The position numbers were made by a program, and so were the translations under genes. The notes beneath the pieces are model-generated. The model searched no databases. It was not told the origin of the DNA and saw nothing but the letters and a program-made list of their open reading frames with translations. A stretch of DNA of 64,000 nucleotides, from contig WLHF01000001.1 of the NCBI GenBank assembly GCA_009702835.1, positions 10,673 through 74,672 on the forward strand, read 5' to 3'. The stretch is from Actinomycetota bacterium. GTDB lineage: Bacteria; Actinomycetota; Actinomycetes; Nanopelagicales; Nanopelagicaceae. Below, in pieces: positions 59,389 to 64,000 of the stretch. Every line of letters begins with the position of its first letter. Position 1 is the stretch's first letter.

Positions 59389-59779
59389 CGAGAGCGAAGT
59401 AATTGATGCGCTCCTTGCAATGAAGGTGTGGGCCGTCGTCGGTCTTGGTAATAATCCAGATCGCGCAGCCTTTGGTGTTGCAAAACTATTACAGGACAAG
59501 GGTCATCAGATAATTCCGGTCTATCCGCGCGCCGAAGTCGTTCATGGGGAGATTGGTTACAAAGCACTAAGTGAGATTCCAGTACAGGTCGATGTCGTTG
59601 ACTGCTTTGTGAACTCATCCATAGTGGGAAAGGTTGTCGATGAAGCGATTGCAATTGGTGCAAAGGCTGTTTGGCTTCAGCTAGATGTTATCGATGAATC
59701 TGCAGTTGCTCGGGCACGGGCCGCAGGATTATTGACAGTTATGAACCGTTGTCCAGCAATTGAATATCGAAGCCGCTAA
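59384..59779 (+). CDS. CoA-binding protein (YccU-like); start ATT 59384 proposed, ATG 59420 alternative
   Basis: WAVVGL...VDVVDCF...WLQL...NRCPAIE. Confidence 0.85.
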   Translation: MNESEVIDALLAMKVWAVVGLGNNPDRAAFGVAKLLQDKGHQIIPVYPRAEVVHGEIGYKALSEIPVQVDVVDCFVNSSIVGKVVDEAIAIGAKAVWLQLDVIDESAVARARAAGLLTVMNRCPAIEYRSR

Positions 59780-60286
59780 CTAAAATCCAGTTTTTTGATT
59801 TCGACGTGATGTTAAGTTCGCAGCCTTTGCCTTTGCTTCGGCGTTAATCTCTTTCAGAGCTTGAGCTACCTTGGCTGAGATTGCAGCATCAGAGGCTCCT
59901 AAAATACGTGCGGCAAGAAACGCGGCATTCTTAGCGTTTCCCACACCGACCGTTGCAACTGGGATACCTGCAGGCATCTGCACAATAGAGAGTAGTGAAT
60001 CCATTCCATCTAAGTTTTTTAGTGCAATTGGAACACCGATGACTGGCAGGGTTGTAAGAGATGCGACCATGCCGGGTAGATGAGCTGCCCCACCTGCACC
60101 AGCGATAATCACTTTGTAGCCTTTGGCGGCAGCACTCTGCGCAAACTCCACCATTTCAAGTGGCATGCGATGAGCCGATACAACATCGGCATCGTAGGAG
60201 ATTCCTAGCTGCTCTAAAGTTTTAGCAGCCTCTTCCATGATGGGCCAGTCAGAGTCTGATCCCATGATTAATGCAACATCACTCAT
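59780..60286 (-). CDS. purE: N5-CAIR mutase
   Basis: [28 protein letters not shown]. Confidence 0.96.
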   Translation of the reverse strand: MSDVALIMGSDSDWPIMEEAAKTLEQLGISYDADVVSAHRMPLEMVEFAQSAAAKGYKVIIAGAGGAAHLPGMVASLTTLPVIGVPIALKNLDGMDSLLSIVQMPAGIPVATVGVGNAKNAAFLAARILGASDAAISAKVAQALKEINAEAKAKAANLTSRRNQKTGF

Positions 60287-61391
60287 CGATTTCTCCGCTC
60301 ATGTAATCAAGGGCGTGCTGGACTTCGTGGCTTAATTCTACGGCGTCATTGCCTAAGAGTGTTACATGACCAATCTTGCGACCTGGGCGCACATCTTTCT
60401 TATAGTGATGAAACTTTAAGCCTGGATTTCTTGCCATCAGGTGCAGATATGGTCGATACATATCTGTCTTGCTCGAGCCAAGTATATTTCCCATAACGGC
60501 AACAGGTGCACTCATCGATGTATCCCCGAGTGGTAAATCTAAAACTGCGCGCAGATGCTGTTCAAACTGTGATGTCACCGAACCTTCGATAGTCCAGTGG
60601 CCCGAATTATGGGGACGCATGGCAAGCTCGTTAATAAATAGTTGATCACCTTTGACAAACATCTCAACTGCCATCACACCAATAAGGCTGATCTCCTGCG
60701 CAATATCTAGTGCTAATTTCTGCGCCTTTGTGCTCATCTCTTGATTCAACTGCGGTGCTGGCGTAAGAGTCATTGTGCAGATTCCATCAACCTGCACAGT
60801 TTGTGTAGGCGCCCAAGTACTTGCCTGGCCGTGAGGTGAGCGGGCGACCATTACTGCGATCTCATAGTCAAATTCGATGTGCTCTTCGATCAGAACCTTT
60901 CCTACTTCGGCGATGAGTGCACTTAACTCTTTCTCGGAGTTTATTTTCCATACTCCGCGGCCGTCATATCCACCTGATATAGCCTTTGCAATCAATGGAT
61001 ATCCAGTAACACCCTGTGCTGTTGTTACAACGCTAGATTTTGGCGATGGAAAGTTGCTTAACCGTTGGCGCATCTCTGCCTTATCTTGTGAGTAGATAAA
61101 TGCACTAGAGCTCGGTCTTACGACAACTCCTGCCGCTTCAAGGGCCTTAATGACGCTCAGTGGAATTAGCTCATGTTCAAAAGTTACGACATCACATTTC
61201 TTGGCAAACTCAAGGACAGTATCGACATCTGCATAATCACCGAGAACATGGTGGGCGATGTGTGCCCCACTGTCATTAGAACTCTGCGCTAATAGGAGGA
61301 GATTAATGCCGAGGTCGACCGCAGGTGCAACGCTCATTCGGGCGAGCTGACCCGCACCTATGATGCCAACTGTAGGGAAAGAATCGCTCAC
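60279..61391 (-). CDS. purK: N5-CAIR synthase
   Basis: [36 protein letters not shown]. Confidence 0.96.
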   Translation of the reverse strand: MSDSFPTVGIIGAGQLARMSVAPAVDLGINLLLLAQSSNDSGAHIAHHVLGDYADVDTVLEFAKKCDVVTFEHELIPLSVIKALEAAGVVVRPSSSAFIYSQDKAEMRQRLSNFPSPKSSVVTTAQGVTGYPLIAKAISGGYDGRGVWKINSEKELSALIAEVGKVLIEEHIEFDYEIAVMVARSPHGQASTWAPTQTVQVDGICTMTLTPAPQLNQEMSTKAQKLALDIAQEISLIGVMAVEMFVKGDQLFINELAMRPHNSGHWTIEGSVTSQFEQHLRAVLDLPLGDTSMSAPVAVMGNILGSSKTDMYRPYLHLMARNPGLKFHHYKKDVRPGRKIGHVTLLGNDAVELSHEVQHALDYMSGEIDE

Positions 61392-61395
61392 CGGC

Positions 61396-62154
61396 CTATC
61401 GTAGATGAACTATGTCAGCGGCTTGCACGTGGGCTCCAGTATCTAATACCAACTCGCCTCGGCCGCTTATAGATTCAGCTATTGCGCTTTCTATCTGGCC
61501 ATCTGGATACTCCACTCGAACCTTGCGCCCAATCGTGGCGCTCATCTGGCTATAGGTGGCCCTTATTTCATCGCTACCACAATCCCAATTCATAAAGTTG
61601 GTTTCAAAGGTTTTTAGTAGATCGGGTAGTAATTGGTTTCGAGTTAAAGATTGCGCACCTTCGATATAAAGCGATGTAGCTGTTGGCACTGGAAGTTCTG
61701 AAGGCTCCATTGCAGCATTGATTCCGATACCTATAACAACCCCGTTACTTGCTACCTCTGCAACAAGCCCCGATACTTTTTTATCTTTTATTAAAATATC
61801 GTTGGGCCACTTTACTTGTGCATTAAACTGAGAAAGTATCTGAGCAACACTGACACCGGCAATTAGCGGAATCCATCCCCAGTCATCTCGATTTCTTTGT
61901 GGCTCGATGTAGAAAGAAAATAAAAGAGCACTGGACTTTGGCGCATCGAAAGTTCGCGTTAAGCGTCCACGTCCGCCACTTTGGTATTCGGCGGCAATAA
62001 CATCACCTGCGCGTGCATCACCGGCTCGCACTAATGCGACTAAATCGCTCTGTGTCGATGCCGTGAGTTCAACCACGCTTACTCGCCAGTACTGCGTCAC
62101 TGCGGCATTGATTATTGAACTATCGAGGGGCGTGCTTAGCATTTCTCTCTCCAC
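61396..62154 (-). CDS. birA: Biotin--[acetyl-CoA carboxylase] ligase (no HTH)
   Basis: STQ, AEYQSGGRGRL, KWPND, GIGIN, DIVHLR. Confidence 0.93.
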   Translation of the reverse strand: MEREMLSTPLDSSIINAAVTQYWRVSVVELTASTQSDLVALVRAGDARAGDVIAAEYQSGGRGRLTRTFDAPKSSALLFSFYIEPQRNRDDWGWIPLIAGVSVAQILSQFNAQVKWPNDILIKDKKVSGLVAEVASNGVVIGIGINAAMEPSELPVPTATSLYIEGAQSLTRNQLLPDLLKTFETNFMNWDCGSDEIRATYSQMSATIGRKVRVEYPDGQIESAIAESISGRGELVLDTGAHVQAADIVHLR

Positions 62155-62160
62155 GCCTAG

Positions 62161-62167
62161 TACCGTA
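62161..62167. promoter_or_regulatory. Bidirectional overlapping -10 (TACCGTA) between birA and the carboxyltransferase gene
   Basis: + TACCGT 62161-62166, 6 nt to ATG 62173; - TACGGT 62167-62162, 7 nt to GTG 62154. Confidence 0.65.
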
Positions 62168-62172
62168 GGGGC

Positions 62173-63744
62173 ATGAGCCGTGATATGCATACAACTGCCG
62201 GAAAAATCGAAGATCTACGCGCACGAGTCGAGGAAGCGGTCCACGCTGGTTCGGCACGTGCAGTAGAAAAGCAACATGCCAAGGGTAAGAACACCGCTCG
62301 CGAGCGCATTGCGATGCTCGTCGATGAGGATTCATTTACCGAGATTGACGAGTTCGCACGCCACCGTTCGACTCAGTTCGGTATGGAGAAAAACCGTCCC
62401 TACGGTGACGGCGTTGTCATTGGTACTGCAACTGTTGATGGCCGCCCCATCGCGTTGTATTCGCAGGACTTCACAATTATGGGTGGCTCACTCGGTGAAG
62501 TTCATGCAGATAAGATCGTCAAGATTGCAGCCTTTGCATTAAAGAGTGGCATCCCGCTTATTGGAATAAATGACTCAGGCGGTGCACGTATTCAAGAGGG
62601 TGTTGCATCACTATCTGGCTACGGCAAAATCTTTCGTCTCAATACTCGCTCATCTGGTGTTATCCCACAGATCTCATTAATTCTTGGGCCTTGCGCCGGC
62701 GGTTCTGCCTACTCACCTGCCCTCACCGACTTCACGGTTATGGTCAACGAGACATCCCATATGTTTATTACTGGCCCTGATGTGATTAAAACCGTCACTG
62801 GCGAAGAAGTAGATATGGAAGAGCTTGGCGGTGCACGTACGCACAACACTAAAACTGGTAACTCACACTACTTGGCCGAAAATGAGTCCGATGCCATTGA
62901 CTATGTTAAGGCACTTCTCTCTTATCTACCATCAAATAATATGGATAGCGCACCACATCTGCCTCCAACACAGTCCCTTGATAAGACTGCCGCCGATATC
63001 GCTCTGGATACTTTAATTCCAGATAATACAAACCAGCCATATGACATGAAGGTTTTGATCCAAGCGCTAGTAGATGAGGGAGAGTTCCTTGAAGTACATG
63101 CGTTATATGCACCAAATATCATCGTAGGTTTCGCACGTATAGAAGGTGAATCCATTGGAATCATTGCTAACCAACCATCGCAGCTAGCTGGTACTTTAGA
63201 TATTAATTCAAGCGAAAAAGCCGCTCGCTTCCTGCGCTTCTGCGATGCATTTAATATTCCAATCTTGACCCTCGTTGATGTGCCTGGATTCCTGCCCGGT
63301 ACCGAGCAAGAGTGGGATGGAATCATCCGCCGCGGTGCCAAACTGCTATATGCCTATGCCGAGGCATCGGTCCCACTTGTCACACTTATTACGCGCAAGG
63401 CCTACGGCGGCGCATTTATCGTTATGGGTTCAAAGTATCTGGGTAGCGATATAAATTTTGCATGGCCTAGCGCAGAGATTGCAGTTATGGGTGCACAAGG
63501 TGCTGTAAATATTCTCTACCGTAAAGAGCTTGCCGATGCTAAAGATCCTGCGAGTAAGCGCACCGAATTAGTTAACGACTACAACGAATCATTAGCCAAT
63601 CCATATTTGGCCGCAGAGCGCGGGACAATCGATACAGTCATTGAACCAAATCAGTCTCGGGCATATATCACTAAGGCATTTAGAACTTTAAAGACTAAGC
63701 GCGATACTCTGCCAGCGCGCAAGCATGGAAATATTCCACTGTAA
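62173..63744 (+). CDS. Acyl-CoA carboxylase beta (carboxyltransferase) subunit, AccD/PccB type
   Basis: [38 protein letters not shown]. Confidence 0.95.
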   Translation: MSRDMHTTAGKIEDLRARVEEAVHAGSARAVEKQHAKGKNTARERIAMLVDEDSFTEIDEFARHRSTQFGMEKNRPYGDGVVIGTATVDGRPIALYSQDFTIMGGSLGEVHADKIVKIAAFALKSGIPLIGINDSGGARIQEGVASLSGYGKIFRLNTRSSGVIPQISLILGPCAGGSAYSPALTDFTVMVNETSHMFITGPDVIKTVTGEEVDMEELGGARTHNTKTGNSHYLAENESDAIDYVKALLSYLPSNNMDSAPHLPPTQSLDKTAADIALDTLIPDNTNQPYDMKVLIQALVDEGEFLEVHALYAPNIIVGFARIEGESIGIIANQPSQLAGTLDINSSEKAARFLRFCDAFNIPILTLVDVPGFLPGTEQEWDGIIRRGAKLLYAYAEASVPLVTLITRKAYGGAFIVMGSKYLGSDINFAWPSAEIAVMGAQGAVNILYRKELADAKDPASKRTELVNDYNESLANPYLAAERGTIDTVIEPNQSRAYITKAFRTLKTKRDTLPARKHGNIPL

Positions 63745-63920
63745 TGGAGTTTTCAATCATAAAAGGTGAAGCAACTGCTGAAGAGTTGATGGCTATCGAA
63801 CATGCGATCTCACTGCACAAACGTGAAGAGTCGGTACCAGTAATTCTTAAAAGTACGTTTGGCCGCCCACAGCTTCGTAAACCTCTCAACAAAAATTTTC
63901 GCTTCGGCCGATCGAATTAA
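63744..63920 (+). CDS. Acyl-CoA carboxylase epsilon subunit (AccE-like, 58 aa)
   Basis: Not in track: [18 protein letters not shown]...; TAATG overlap; beta-epsilon-maf order. Confidence 0.8.
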   Translation: MEFSIIKGEATAEELMAIEHAISLHKREESVPVILKSTFGRPQLRKPLNKNFRFGRSN

Positions 63921-63927
63921 TTCCTCA

Positions 63928-64000
63928 ATGCCAAAGGTCATCCTTGCTTCTGCCTCCGCCTCACGTCGGCGCTTACTTGAATCTGCAGGATTAACACCGA
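63928..64000 (+). CDS. maf: Maf family nucleotide pyrophosphatase (5' part)
   Basis: MPKVILASASASRRRLLESAGL. Confidence 0.85.
   Translation, partial: MPKVILASASASRRRLLESAGLTP

Overview
This is a gene-dense (>95% coding), mid-GC (about 47-48% by eye) core-chromosome segment of a streamlined actinobacterium, most consistent with freshwater acI (Nanopelagicales, Ca. Planktophila-like; inferred, not measured). It carries condensed versions of conserved actinobacterial blocks: whiB1-pdtaS; secA-comF-mtrBA-ahcY-manB-GT2-whiB2-manC; dapC-fdxA-mshB-moeZ-TetR-DEAD; mgtE_N-mrp-tatB-htrA-MTase-pepA-dapD; and wzm/wzt-GT-LCP-ugd, purKE-birA-accD-accE-maf. There is one tRNA-Arg(CCG). I found no mobile element, CRISPR array or rRNA. 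The most striking signal is regulatory compaction. About 25 genes have a TANNNT-like -10 box 6-7 nt before the start codon, the geometry of leaderless transcripts. In four cases the upstream stop codon is the first half of that -10 box. Two divergent gene pairs share an overlapping bidirectional -10 within an 18-22 bp gap. Convergent genes repeatedly share YTAA stop overlaps instead of terminators. Other leads: an orphan CpaB/CpaE-like pair next to a structured intergenic element, an AhcY that looks replaced in situ by a xenolog, local loss of lpqB/hpf and sigE/rseA with a sigma region-4-only mini-protein nearby, a probable ATT start codon, and small ORFs missing from the ORF track.
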